A stretch of DNA of 64,000 nucleotides, taken from an uncultured Chloroflexia bacterium. Lineage in GTDB: Bacteria; Chloroflexota; Anaerolineae; Anaerolineales; UBA4823. Each line of letters opens with the position of its first letter. The first letter of the stretch is position 1. The position numbers and the translations under genes are program-made. The stretch is from assembly GCA_963726315.1 (NCBI GenBank), contig CAVSBZ010000005.1:1930947-1994946 (forward strand). The letters are read 5' to 3'. Of the stretch, positions 22,559-32,623 are shown in pieces. The notes under the pieces are model-generated. The model was not told the DNA's origin. It did no database searches and was given only the letters and a program-made list of their open reading frames with translations.

Positions 22559-23851
22559 ATGGAAAAGTTGATCATCCAGGGGGGATACCCGTTGAATGGA
22601 GAAGTGACTCCTTCAGGAAATAAGAATGCCGCCTTGCCCTTACTGGCAGCCTGCTTGCTGACGGATGAACCAGTCATTCTGCACAATGTTCCGAATATAC
22701 GCGACGTGCACGATATGATTGCGCTGCTGCAAAGCCTGGGAGCAGATGCAGACAGGCTAGATAACCATACATGGAAGATTCGAGCAGCCAACCTGTGCCC
22801 GGCTGAATTAAAACCTGAGTTGTGCCGCCGAATACGGGCATCGATCTTGCTGGCAGGTCCGATGGTGGCGAGGATGGGGGAGCTAAGGCTGCCTCCTCCG
22901 GGCGGCGATGTGATCGGAAGGCGAAGAGTCGATACCCATATCCTCGCCATCCGTTCTTTGGGTGCCCAGGCTGATTTCGACCGTGCCAACCGGATGTTCG
23001 TATTCTCAGCCCGAAAGCTGACCGGCGCAGATATCCTCCTGGATGAAGCCAGTGTGACTGCCACAGAAAACGCCATCATGGCTGCCGTTACAGCTGAAGG
23101 AACCACCATTCTTAGGAACGCAACCTCCGAACCCCACGTCCAGGAATTATGCCACTTCCTCAACTCCCTAGGTGCAAATATAGAAAATATCAGCTCCAAC
23201 ACCTTACATATCGAAGGGGTTAAAAAATTGCATGGAGGTGAATTTACCATCGGCCCCGATTATCTCGAGGTGGTGAGCTTCATCGGTGCAGCCGCGCTTA
23301 CGCGTGGATCGATCACCATCAACAATGCCGGAGCACACTACTTGAGCATGATCAGGCTGGTATTAGGTAGATTGGGCGTTGAGTGGCAGGTGGATGGAGA
23401 TAAAATCATGGTCCACGCACCCCAAAAACTGGTAGTCGAGCCAGACTTGGGGGATGCCATACCGGTGATCAACGTCATGCCATGGCCATCGTTTCCCACT
23501 GATCTGATGAGCATCGCCATCGTAATCGGCACACAGTCCAAAGGCAGTGTGCTGTTCCACGATTGGATGTATCCGAGCCGCATGTTCTTTACCGATAAGC
23601 TGGTCGGAATGGGTGCACAAATCGTATTGTGTGACCCGCACCGCTGCATCGTACAAGGTCCGACCCAGCTCTACGGCGAGGTGCTCGAGAGCCCAGACAT
23701 CCGCGCTGGTATGGCTCTTGTTCTGGCCGCGCTGACAGCTGAAGGACAATCTGTCATCCGAAACCTGGGGCAGATCGATCGAGGTTACGAACGGATAGAC
23801 GAGAAACTGCGCCTTCTGGGCGCTAAAATTGAGAGAACGGCTGAATTGTGA
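22559..23851 (+). CDS. murA: UDP-N-acetylglucosamine 1-carboxyvinyltransferase
   Basis: Full-length MurA-like sequence (SGNKNAALPLLAA..., GGDVIGRRRVDTH). ATG 22559 sits 5 nt after AGGAGG; the ORF track starts at GTG 22556. Confidence 0.95.
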   Translation: MEKLIIQGGYPLNGEVTPSGNKNAALPLLAACLLTDEPVILHNVPNIRDVHDMIALLQSLGADADRLDNHTWKIRAANLCPAELKPELCRRIRASILLAGPMVARMGELRLPPPGGDVIGRRRVDTHILAIRSLGAQADFDRANRMFVFSARKLTGADILLDEASVTATENAIMAAVTAEGTTILRNATSEPHVQELCHFLNSLGANIENISSNTLHIEGVKKLHGGEFTIGPDYLEVVSFIGAAALTRGSITINNAGAHYLSMIRLVLGRLGVEWQVDGDKIMVHAPQKLVVEPDLGDAIPVINVMPWPSFPTDLMSIAIVIGTQSKGSVLFHDWMYPSRMFFTDKLVGMGAQIVLCDPHRCIVQGPTQLYGEVLESPDIRAGMALVLAALTAEGQSVIRNLGQIDRGYERIDEKLRLLGAKIERTAEL

Positions 23852-23863
23852 CCTAACCGGGAT

Positions 23864-24220
23864 TTAATTCCTGGAGACCTGACCAATTACTTCTAAAAAT
23901 TGGGTAACGATGGTGCGCAGCATCGGTTCAGGCAGCGCTCCAACCTGACGATGGACAATCTTACCTGCTGACACGAAAAGCATCGTCGGAATTCCCTGTA
24001 CACCGTATTTCATCGCCCATTCTGGATTTTCATCCGTGTTAACCTTCGCAACAATCACCCTGCCGGCATTTTCCTTGGCAATTTTTTCCAGGGTCGGAGC
24101 AATCATTTTACATGGCGTACACCAGGGTGCCCAAAAATCTACAATAACCGGCATGCTTGAATTCAAAACGGTTTTTTCGAATGCTGCATCGGTTACATGA
24201 ATGGGTTCGTCGATTATCAT
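23864..24220 (-). CDS. trxA: Thioredoxin
   Basis: WAPWCTPCK active site (a WCGPC variant) and the typical ~110-aa fold pattern. Confidence 0.85.
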   Translation of the reverse strand: MIIDEPIHVTDAAFEKTVLNSSMPVIVDFWAPWCTPCKMIAPTLEKIAKENAGRVIVAKVNTDENPEWAMKYGVQGIPTMLFVSAGKIVHRQVGALPEPMLRTIVTQFLEVIGQVSRN

Positions 24221-24287
24221 TAATATTTCTCCAGTAATGGTTTCTAAGTTAGATGCAGCCCTAATAAATTAGTTGCACAATCATAAT

Positions 24288-24722
24288 TTACTCTGCTGGC
24301 GTTCCAGGGGAGAGGATCTGGTAGGAGGATCTGATCTGGGCGGCTTGACACAGCATAGCTCTAACCGAGCAATATTTTTCTTCAGATAACTGGATGGCAC
24401 GCTCAACCGAAGTTGGAGAAATCCCTTCTCCCCAAATCAAATAGGTGACTTCGATCTCATTATAGATTTTGGGGAAATCCTCAGCCTTTTTTCCGCGCAC
24501 TTTTACCTTTAAAGCCTCCAGAAGCTCACGCTTCTTGATTAATATATCGACAATATCCACACCCGTGCAGCCTGCCAAACCCACCAGGAGCAATTCCATC
24601 GGGGAGACACCGGGTACTTCATCAAGGTTGCCCATCTGAACCCTCCCACCCAAATCATTAGTACCAATGAAAACACCCCCGCCTTTCCACTCGGCTTCGA
24701 TCTCACGCCATTGATCTGTCAT
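24288..24722 (-). CDS. OsmC family protein
   Basis: Both conserved Cys contexts are present (LAGCTGVDI and EKYCSV). Start moved to MTDQW (24722), which removes the overlap with divergent scpA. Confidence 0.75.
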   Translation of the reverse strand: MTDQWREIEAEWKGGGVFIGTNDLGGRVQMGNLDEVPGVSPMELLLVGLAGCTGVDIVDILIKKRELLEALKVKVRGKKAEDFPKIYNEIEVTYLIWGEGISPTSVERAIQLSEEKYCSVRAMLCQAAQIRSSYQILSPGTPAE

Positions 24723-24795
24723 ATTTTTATCCTGAAATGAATTTAAACCAAGTATAGCATGAGCCATTACAATTGTCAGGTATAATCTCGCCATA

Positions 24796-25572
24796 ATGTT
24801 CAACCCAGCCAATCAACAGGTTTCGAATTACACCATCGCCACACCAGTTTATGAAGGACCGCTGGACTTGCTACTGCAGCTGATTGAACGCGCAGAGCTT
24901 GACATCACAAAGTTATCTTTAGCCCTGATCACTGACCAATACCTCGCCTATATCCATAATCTTACCGAACTGGTGGCAGATGAAGTATCTGCTTTCCTGG
25001 TGATTGCAGCCAAACTTCTGCAGATCAAGTCTGAAGCCTTATTACCGCGCCCACCACAACGAGAACCGGGTGAGGAAGACCCCGGTGAGGCGTTGGCGAA
25101 GCAGCTGATCATGTATAAGCGCTTTCGGGAAATCGCCTCCATCCTCGACCAACGCGAGTCGGAAGGGTTAAAGACCTACTTGAGGGTGGCACCACCACCA
25201 AGAATTGAGGGAAGTTATGACCTCACAGGGATCACGATAGAAGATATCGCTGCAGCCGCCCAGGAAATATTTTCTGATCTCAACCTGCCAGATGCACTCA
25301 GCACGGTGGTTCCACCCTCACGGGTGACAATCCGTGAAAAAATCACATTGATCACCAATTCGCTCCACCGTCAGAAGACTGTTTCATTCCGTTCGCTTGT
25401 GAGCCATGAAAATTCACGCCTGGATATCGTCGTCACGTTTTTAGCCATGCTCGAGCTGATCAAACGGCACCTGGTACGCGTCTCTCAGGATGGTCTGTTC
25501 GGTGATATCTCGATGGAGATATCTGAAGCCTGGGATGAGATGGATGACCTAGAAACCGAATTCGGTGAATAG
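24796..25572 (+). CDS. scpA: Segregation and condensation protein A
   Basis: YEGPLDLLLQLIERAELDITKLSLALITDQYL is the canonical ScpA N-terminus. Confidence 0.85.
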   Translation: MFNPANQQVSNYTIATPVYEGPLDLLLQLIERAELDITKLSLALITDQYLAYIHNLTELVADEVSAFLVIAAKLLQIKSEALLPRPPQREPGEEDPGEALAKQLIMYKRFREIASILDQRESEGLKTYLRVAPPPRIEGSYDLTGITIEDIAAAAQEIFSDLNLPDALSTVVPPSRVTIREKITLITNSLHRQKTVSFRSLVSHENSRLDIVVTFLAMLELIKRHLVRVSQDGLFGDISMEISEAWDEMDDLETEFGE

Positions 25573-25600
25573 CAATAGGAATCGGCTGTGGTTAAGGAGC

Positions 25601-26368
25601 TTAATCCTCAATGACCAGGCTCACCGGGCAGTGATCTGAGCCAAGGATATCCGAATGAATTTTCACATCCATCACTGAAGGTACCAGTGCCTCCGAGATC
25701 AAAAAATAATCTAATCGCCAGCCAGTATTGTTTTTACGGGCGTTCGCCAGATATGTCCACCAGGTATATTCAACTCGGTCGGGGAATAACAACCGGTAGA
25801 TATCCACAAAGCCATGTGAAAGATAGGTATCAACCCAGGCGCGTTCTTCTGGCAGGAAGCCCGATGTATTCCGGTTCGCTTTTGGATGACGCAAGTCGAT
25901 CTCATTGTGAGCGGTGTTAAAATCCCCGCAGATGATCATGCGCTCACCCGTATTATGCAGCTGGTCGCACAGATTCAATAATTGTGAATAAAACTGAAGT
26001 TTAAAATCGACCCGATCCATGCCGCGCTGACCACTGGGGAAATAGACATTGTATAAATAGAAACCCGGGAATTTCGTCCGGATCACCCGGCCTTCCTGGT
26101 CGAATTCATCCTTGCCAATGCCGTAATCCACCGCAACCGTAGAAACACTGGTGAACGTCGCCACCCCGCTGTAACCGGGTTTTACCGCTGGATTCCAATA
26201 GACCTGGTGAGAATTGAAGCGCTGCTGGTAGTCAGCAGGGATCTGCTCCGGACGAGCTTTGACCTCCTGCAAGCAAAGGACATCCGGCTGCTCCTGCTGC
26301 ACCCAATCCCAGGCACCCTTGCTAAGAGCTGCCCTCAGCCCATTGACATTCCAGGTAGTGATCTTCAC
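25601..26368 (-). CDS. xth: Exodeoxyribonuclease III
   Basis: MKITTWNVNGLRA start and GSDHCPV C-terminal motif. Confidence 0.9.
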   Translation of the reverse strand: MKITTWNVNGLRAALSKGAWDWVQQEQPDVLCLQEVKARPEQIPADYQQRFNSHQVYWNPAVKPGYSGVATFTSVSTVAVDYGIGKDEFDQEGRVIRTKFPGFYLYNVYFPSGQRGMDRVDFKLQFYSQLLNLCDQLHNTGERMIICGDFNTAHNEIDLRHPKANRNTSGFLPEERAWVDTYLSHGFVDIYRLLFPDRVEYTWWTYLANARKNNTGWRLDYFLISEALVPSVMDVKIHSDILGSDHCPVSLVIED

Positions 26369-27229
26369 GCCAACCCATCCATCAATTCAATCGGAACCGC
26401 TGCAAGACCGACCAATCCGGGACCGGTGTGAACACCCAGGACTGGTGAAATCCGGAGGACTTCCATTTTCCCAACCTTAACTTTGCCTTTCATCATCTCA
26501 GCCAGATTATTCGCTTCTTCTGCCAGCTGACCATGCAGGACTGATACCCACAATGATGTATCTTTTCCGTACAGGCTTTCAATGTGGTTGGCAATCGATT
26601 CCAATGCTTTGGGTATAGTCCGTGCCCTACCCATGGTTGAATATTTACCATCCGTCTTTTCCACCCGGATGAGCGGTTTGATACCCAGCAATGAGCCTGC
26701 CAACGCCTGGACTCTACCGATGCGACCCCCGCGCTGAAGATATTCAAGCGTCTCAAGGGTATAGATCACCTCGGTGGAACTCACGGATTTTTGAAAGCTT
26801 ATCCAGGATAAACTCTTTACTGCGACCTGCCTTTGCACCTAACGCGGCAGCTAGCACCTGAAAGCGCTCACCGCCGGAGAGGGTAAAACTATCCACGATG
26901 GTAATCACTTTCCCGGGAAGCTGGGCTGCACCCGACCGGGCTGACTCGATCGTCCCACTCAATCCGGATGATATATGGATCGATATAACTTCCTCTCCCT
27001 GCTCAACCAGCTTCTGATATATTACCGCGAATATTCCAGAAGATGGTTGCGAGGTGGTGGGTATCTGCGGCGCAATCCTTACCAGCCGTTGGTAGAAATC
27101 ATCGGGGGTGATATCATTCGAGTTAACTTCACCTTCAGGAAACTGGATAAAAAGGGGTGCAACTTGAATATCCAATGCTGCTGCTTCTTCCTTGGGTAAA
27201 TCGGCAGCGCAATCAGTCACAATTTTCAT
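26365..27229 (-). pseudogene. DegV family fatty-acid-binding protein, frame broken near 26775-26800
   Basis: ORF 26753..27229 gives the DegV N-terminal half (MKIVTDCAADLP...). ORF 26365..26838 gives the C-terminal half (TLETLEYLQRGGRIG...). They join across a T5/A5 run at 26788-26792. Confidence 0.8.
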
Positions 27230-27405
27230 AAATTTTTTCTCCTTGGCTCAACCTAATTATGGGTTTATAGCCCTTTATCTAGTCTAGGATGTATCAGTTA
27301 TGCGGCTATTATACAAGACCTGAATAGAAAATTGTGTTAAAATCATCCATCGTTATTACAGAGTGGGATCATCAATGAGTTAACCGTGAAAGGTAAGAAT
27401 TTAAT

Positions 27406-28695
27406 ATGAAGCAAATCATTCCCCCGGTCAAAGGTACACGTGATTACTACCCCGAGAAAATGGCAGTCCGGAACTGGTTGTATCAGACCATACGCCAGGT
27501 CTCGACGTCATTCGGATACCAGGAGTGGGAAGCTCCCATACTGGAAAGCATCACCCTGTACGCAGCAAAATCTGGTGAGGAATTGGTCAACCAGCAGTCG
27601 TTTATTTTCCCAGACCGCGGTGGAGACATGCTCACCCTGCGCCCAGAACTGACTCCCAGCCTGGCACGGATGGTAGCCCAGCGCCAGAACCAGCTGGTGT
27701 TTCCCCTGCGCTGGTGGTCTTGGGGACCCTTCTGGCGCTATGAACGCCCTGCGCGTGCCCGGACACGGGAATTTTTCCAATGGAATATTGATTTACTGGG
27801 TGTGGATACGCCTGAAGCGGATGCAGAGCTGATCGCCATTGCAGCCAGGTTTTTTGAACACGTTGGGATTTCCGCTGAAAAAGCAGTCATCAATGTAAAC
27901 GATCGACAATTGACCAACTCAGAGCTGGCCGCACTGGGCGTGCCTGCTGACAAACAGCCTGATTATTTGAACCTGATCGATCGCCGGGCAAAAATGGAGA
28001 CAGCTGAATGGGAAGCGAATGCACTGGACCTGGGGATGAATGCGCAGCAATTGGAAGGAATGAAAGCATTCCTGAGTAACCCTGACCTGTGGAGGAAGTC
28101 CGCCACACTGGTAAGGGTGTTCGACGCTCTCGAAGCCTTGGGTGTTCGGGAATATGTCTGCTATGACCCAAACACCATCCGCGGCTTGCTCTACTATACC
28201 AGCACGGTCTTCGAAGCATACGCCTTGAATAGTGATATCAAGCGCGCCATCCTGGGTGGCGGGCGATATGATAATTTAATGTCCCAGGTAGGTGGTGAGC
28301 CACTGCCAGCGGTCGGTTTTGCGATGGGTGACCTGGCGATTGGCTTGCTGCTTGAGACAACTGGGTTAATCCCCAGTGAGATCGCCAGTCCGCCTGCACA
28401 GGTGTTGGTGACCGTGTTCGATATTGACAGGCAGCCAGCCTCAATGGCGTTGGCAGCTGAGTTACGTAAGGCAGGCTTGACCGTGATTTGCAGTCCTGAA
28501 GCCTCTAAATTGCCCAAGCAGTTCAAGTATGCTGACCGGATGGGAATTCGGGTTGCCGTTGTAATCGGCCCGGATGAAGCTGCCAATCACCAGGTGACCA
28601 TCAAGGACCTCTCAAACAGTAGCCAACAAACCGTTTTCTGGGTGCAAGCAGTTGCAGAAATAGCTAAATTGCTTGAAAGCCACCGCCCCATGTGA
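27406..28695 (+). CDS. hisS: Histidine--tRNA ligase
   Basis: Class II aaRS motifs (LRPELT, FWRYERPARARTREFFQWNIDLLG) and a C-terminal anticodon-binding domain. Confidence 0.95.
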   Translation: MKQIIPPVKGTRDYYPEKMAVRNWLYQTIRQVSTSFGYQEWEAPILESITLYAAKSGEELVNQQSFIFPDRGGDMLTLRPELTPSLARMVAQRQNQLVFPLRWWSWGPFWRYERPARARTREFFQWNIDLLGVDTPEADAELIAIAARFFEHVGISAEKAVINVNDRQLTNSELAALGVPADKQPDYLNLIDRRAKMETAEWEANALDLGMNAQQLEGMKAFLSNPDLWRKSATLVRVFDALEALGVREYVCYDPNTIRGLLYYTSTVFEAYALNSDIKRAILGGGRYDNLMSQVGGEPLPAVGFAMGDLAIGLLLETTGLIPSEIASPPAQVLVTVFDIDRQPASMALAAELRKAGLTVICSPEASKLPKQFKYADRMGIRVAVVIGPDEAANHQVTIKDLSNSSQQTVFWVQAVAEIAKLLESHRPM

Positions 28696-28713
28696 TAAAA
28701 TCAGCCCGCTCAT

Positions 28714-28789
28714 GGTGCCTGTAGCTCAATGGCAGAGCACTTGACTGTGGATCAAGTGGTTGCGGGTTCGACCCCCGTCAGGCACCCCA
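28714..28789 (+). tRNA. tRNA-His (anticodon GTG) with encoded G-1 and CCA
   Basis: Cloverleaf folded by hand: acceptor GTGCCTG/CAGGCAC, D stem GCTC/GAGC, anticodon stem CTTGA/TCAAG with loop CTGTGGA, T arm GCGGG-TTCGACC-CCCGT. An extra 5' G pairs with C73. Confidence 0.95.
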
Positions 28790-28797
28790 ACAATTGT

Positions 28798-28826
28798 AGG
28801 ACTTTCTGAGAAGGAAGTCCTTTTTG
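28798..28826 (+). terminator. Rho-independent terminator after tRNA-His
   Basis: AGGACTT/AAGTCCT stem followed by TTTTTGTTT. Confidence 0.7.
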
Positions 28827-29171
28827 TTTATAACAGTTATATAAACATTCTGATCCTGCACTATCGTTACTTTTTTATATATATGAGAGTAATGGTCAAT
28901 TTGTTGAGGTAATTTTTCTGAAAGACTTTACTTACGGGGTTCCATTTTAATTTTACTGAGTCAAATCCTACGCTACAGCAAACTCTTCCGTTACTTTGCA
29001 ACATTCACAATTGGCTATGCGCATGATGCCTTAATTGTCCTCAGCTAGAATGATACATAGGCAATTTTGCTTGTATCCGTCACTCTATGATCGGGGTAAC
29101 ATCACCCAATCGCCAAATTTTCGGCATCTTACAAGCTCAGGTACATTATCACTAAATTGGAGGAAATATTC

Positions 29172-29435
29172 ATGAAGAAATTGCTGTCTGCATTATTGGT
29201 TGTGGCTATGCTATCCATCGTATTTACATTCCCGGCTTTTGCTGCTGGATCTCAACCCGTTAGCGGCTGCCCAACAGGGTTTACCCTCACAAATTACATG
29301 GATCACAGCGGAGATTCAATGGATATGCGCCACATTGGTGTCCAGGTAGACCTAAACGGAAATGGATTGATATGTATGAAAATGGTGACCCCTGATTTCT
29401 GCTTGCACGTGGATGATACAATCTCCCTGCCCTGA
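29172..29435 (+). CDS. Small secreted hypothetical protein
   Basis: GGAGG RBS before ATG 29172. Signal peptide MKKLLSALLVVAMLSIVFTFPAFA. No recognisable family. Confidence 0.5.
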   Translation: MKKLLSALLVVAMLSIVFTFPAFAAGSQPVSGCPTGFTLTNYMDHSGDSMDMRHIGVQVDLNGNGLICMKMVTPDFCLHVDDTISLP

Positions 29436-29492
29436 GCGATAAGGATAAACGAAAAAAGTCCAGATATTTTATTATCGATACACTTATTAATC

Positions 29493-29530
29493 ACACCTCT
29501 GCCGATAATCATTGGCTGAGGTGTTTTTTA
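29493..29530 (+). terminator. Rho-independent terminator
   Basis: ACACCTC/GAGGTGT stem with an inner GCC/GGC pairing, followed by TTTTTTA. Confidence 0.7.
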
Positions 29531-29909
29531 TCTATATTGCAAATACTTTTATCTATCTAATCGCTCAGCACTTTAGTAACTCGTTTTATCATGTTACATC
29601 TCAGCTCAATACACACCAGAAAATTCGAAGTCATCTCAACGCTGCCGTATAATAATCGAACATCAATAATCCGAACCTGTAATCAGCATTTCAATTAAAA
29701 AATTAATCTATCGATATACCAGGCTAATCCTGGCACTCACCGCTGAAGGCTCGGGGATGGAAATTGGATAAAGACGGCGAAATCCCATTTGCTGTCTCTA
29801 AAACAACTGCCTATACTTCCGATGTGTTAAATTCGATCCTTATAAGGGAACATTTTCGAGGATAATATCGTTAACCACTAATATCCAGTAAGAAAAAATA
29901 CGGAGGAAT

Positions 29910-30686
29910 TTGATGAAAAAGTTATTTTTAGGGTTTGGATTATCGATCGCCATCATCGCATTATCGGCGTGCTCCGCTTCGCAACAAGGCAGTGGCGGAG
30001 ACCTGACCGGTAGTGTTTGGTCGCTAACAGAGCTGGCGGGAAAACCGCTTGTGTCTGGTTCAGGTATCACAGCTCAATTTAGCTCAGATGGAAAAGTGTC
30101 CGGTTCTACTGGCTGCAACCGGTATTCAGGCAGCTATACCGCTTCAGGAAATTCGATCGCCTTTCCATCACCATTAGCTACAACGATGATGATGTGTGAT
30201 GCGCCAGTGATGGAACAGGAGACTGCCTACCTCAATGCATTAAGCCAGGCGAAAACCTATTCTGTTAAAAGCGACCAGCTCACCTTGTTCGATGATTCTG
30301 GATCAATACTTGGGGTTTATCAGGCTCAATCCCAGGATCTATCGGGCAGCTCTTGGGAAGTGATCGCTTATAACAATGGCAAGCAAGCGGTGACCAGTGT
30401 GATCATCGGCACCACTGTCGATGCCACTTTTGGCACGGATGGCACTCTTTCAGGCAGCAGTGGCTGCAACTCTTACAGCGGCTCTTATAAATTAAGTGGG
30501 AGCCAGATAACTGTCGGTCCACTTGCCTCGACCAAAAAGTTCTGCGGTGAGCCAGCCGGTGTGATGGACCAGGAGTCCCAGTACTTAACTGCTCTACAAA
30601 CCGCTGCAACTTACCAGGTGGAAGGGAACGTGCTCGAGTTACGCACTCAAGACGGTGCGTTGGCGGTTCAATTCAATAAAAAGTAA
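29910..30686 (+). CDS. Lipoprotein with two META (HslJ-like) domains
   Basis: Lipobox LSAC after the signal peptide. Two repeats carry the GCN(R/S)YSGSY... META signature. Confidence 0.8.
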   Translation: MMKKLFLGFGLSIAIIALSACSASQQGSGGDLTGSVWSLTELAGKPLVSGSGITAQFSSDGKVSGSTGCNRYSGSYTASGNSIAFPSPLATTMMMCDAPVMEQETAYLNALSQAKTYSVKSDQLTLFDDSGSILGVYQAQSQDLSGSSWEVIAYNNGKQAVTSVIIGTTVDATFGTDGTLSGSSGCNSYSGSYKLSGSQITVGPLASTKKFCGEPAGVMDQESQYLTALQTAATYQVEGNVLELRTQDGALAVQFNKK

Positions 30687-30746
30687 TATCATCTATGGTT
30701 TAGATAAATCGTAACACCCAGCTTGATACGATAATTTTTCAACCAC

Positions 30747-30790
30747 ACTGCCGCCCCATTATTCAATGTTGGCGGCAGTATTTATTTAAG
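30747..30790 (+). terminator. Rho-independent terminator
   Basis: 9-bp stem ACTGCCGCC/GGCGGCAGT followed by a T-rich tract. Confidence 0.7.
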
Positions 30791-30982
30791 TATTTCGCAT
30801 TTTTTCTGCTGGGAGATCGTTTTATTTTCGACCTTTAAAGCATTAATCCAAAAATCTCAAACAACTGAGCGGGAAAACAGTATAATATAGCTACAGATAA
30901 TCGCGCGGTATGACGAGGGATATTTTTATATCAGTAGCTGTAGATCGAGTAACAAAAAATCACTTTTTACACTCTAAGGAGA

Positions 30983-31540
30983 ATGACAATGACAACTGCA
31001 GTACAAACGCAAACCAAGCAACGCCCTTGGTGGCTGACACTGATCACAGGTATTATGGCAGTGATCGTGGGAGCAATCATGCTTTGGGCTCCTGCTGCGA
31101 CCAAGGTAGATGTTTACAAAGGCCTGGTTGTAATACTGGGCATCTATTGGCTGGTTGAGGGTATTTTCGAGATCGTCGCCATCTTTGTGGACCATTCCAT
31201 GTGGGGATGGAAGCTCTTCCTTGGCATCATCAGCATCGGCGCGGGAATATACATCCTCTCCTACCCGATCATCGCCGGAGTTGCTCTGCCTCAGATTTTC
31301 GCGCTGGTCTTGGGCATCTGGGGATTGATGTATGGCATCTCCCTGTTGATCATGGCTTTCAGCGGTGCCGGTTGGGGTGCAGGTATCCTGGGCGTCCTTG
31401 GTATCATCTTCGGTATCGCTCTGATGGCCAATTATTATAAACTCGGGATGGGGCTGGCCATGGTATGGTCTGCCGCAGTGCTTGCCGTCATCGGTGGGAT
31501 TGGTCTCATCTTCCAGGCTTTCCGGCAGCGGTCTGCATAA
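30983..31540 (+). CDS. HdeD/DUF308-like membrane protein
   Basis: Six glycine-rich hydrophobic helices with a repeating G-I-x-x-I-x-x-G pattern, typical of DUF308. Confidence 0.6.
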   Translation: MTMTTAVQTQTKQRPWWLTLITGIMAVIVGAIMLWAPAATKVDVYKGLVVILGIYWLVEGIFEIVAIFVDHSMWGWKLFLGIISIGAGIYILSYPIIAGVALPQIFALVLGIWGLMYGISLLIMAFSGAGWGAGILGVLGIIFGIALMANYYKLGMGLAMVWSAAVLAVIGGIGLIFQAFRQRSA

Positions 31541-31957
31541 GGTTACTTCGGAATGTGTGGGCAGAATCCTGGATGAGCATCAGGTTTGTGATATCTTCCT
31601 CGTCGGATTGGAAAAGAAATCATGAATCATGATAGCTATAAAACCGGTTTAAAATTGACGACGCCGCGCGGGTGATAATCGCCGATTAAAGGTTTTTAGG
31701 TTTTCTCACTTCCAACCTGGTGCTCGTCCGGATTTCCCTTTTAACTGTTTGATTCTGGAGGGAAATTCTCTCCAGAGGATTGATTTCATATCCACCCATT
31801 ATTTGCCTATCAATGATGGGATTTTTTCTAATCCCAAGACATGTTAAGCTCCAATGGATCGGCCAATAAGCTTCAACAACTGCCAAAATATTTGATTTGA
31901 TAGGAACATTTTCCACCTCGCTACACCAGATTCCATCACTCCGCTCAAGGAGAAATC

Positions 31958-32623
31958 ATGCCCGCCTCAAATAATAAAGACAAGGAAATTGCCATTATTG
32001 GACTGGACCGTTTTGGCAGCTGCCTGGCGCGCCGGCTCGAAAGCCTGGGGCACAAAGTCCTGGCAATCGATATCGACCCTGCCGCGGTGAAACAGATTGC
32101 TGATGAAATCACCGAGGCGGTCATCCTGGATGCGAATGACGAAGATGCTCTCCGCGAGGTGGACATCACTTCTTTTAACACTGTTGTGGTTGGTATATCG
32201 CGTGATTTTGAAGCCAGTGCCCTGATCACCTCCACGCTAAAAAAATTGGGGATACCCCAGGTGATTTGTGAGTCCAACTCGGACCGCCATCGGGAAATTT
32301 TATTGCGTATTGGCGCAGACCGGGTGATCTTGCCGGAAGAAGACAGCGGATACGGGTTAGCGGATGAGCTCAGCATTCCCGGCATGTTGGACCAGCTGCA
32401 TTTAAGTCAGGATTACAGCCTGATCGAGATAAAACCTCCCCACTGGCTGGTTGGCGAGGGGATTGAAGCGTTTGATGAATATCATATCGTCGTGGTTCTC
32501 ATCCTGCGCGGCGATGATATGATCATCAACCCCGACCAGGATACACGATTTTTTCAGGATGATATCCTGGTGATTGTGGGTGAAAAACGTCACCTGGCAA
32601 ATTTCACCAACCGAGATGAATAA
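31958..32623 (+). CDS. trkA: K+ uptake system NAD-binding subunit (TrkA/KtrA-like)
   Basis: IAIIGLDRFGSCLARRLESLGHKVLAIDID Rossmann motif (RCK-N) plus an RCK-C domain. Confidence 0.85.
   Translation: MPASNNKDKEIAIIGLDRFGSCLARRLESLGHKVLAIDIDPAAVKQIADEITEAVILDANDEDALREVDITSFNTVVVGISRDFEASALITSTLKKLGIPQVICESNSDRHREILLRIGADRVILPEEDSGYGLADELSIPGMLDQLHLSQDYSLIEIKPPHWLVGEGIEAFDEYHIVVVLILRGDDMIINPDQDTRFFQDDILVIVGEKRHLANFTNRDE

Noticed and set aside
22534-23250. Long antisense ORFs inside well-supported genes. Examples are 22534..23250 opposite murA, 18988..19500 opposite secD, 60472..61026 opposite the Trx-like gene and 63364..63960 opposite arsA.
   Set aside because: Each is fully embedded opposite a gene with clear family motifs. 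Their compositions are low-complexity (Ser/Ala/Pro/Arg-rich) and typical of antisense frames. None has an RBS or recognisable motifs.
27230-27405. Possible T-box leader upstream of hisS.
   Set aside because: The spacer is only ~175 nt. I could not find the conserved T-box 14-mer (…GGTGGTACCGCG-like), a specifier-loop arrangement or a terminator/antiterminator pair.
31686-31916. A 76-aa minus-strand ORF between the DUF308 gene and trkA.
   Set aside because: It has no RBS, no recognisable motif and an odd composition. Flanking frames show no continuation that would indicate a larger degraded gene. Left unannotated.
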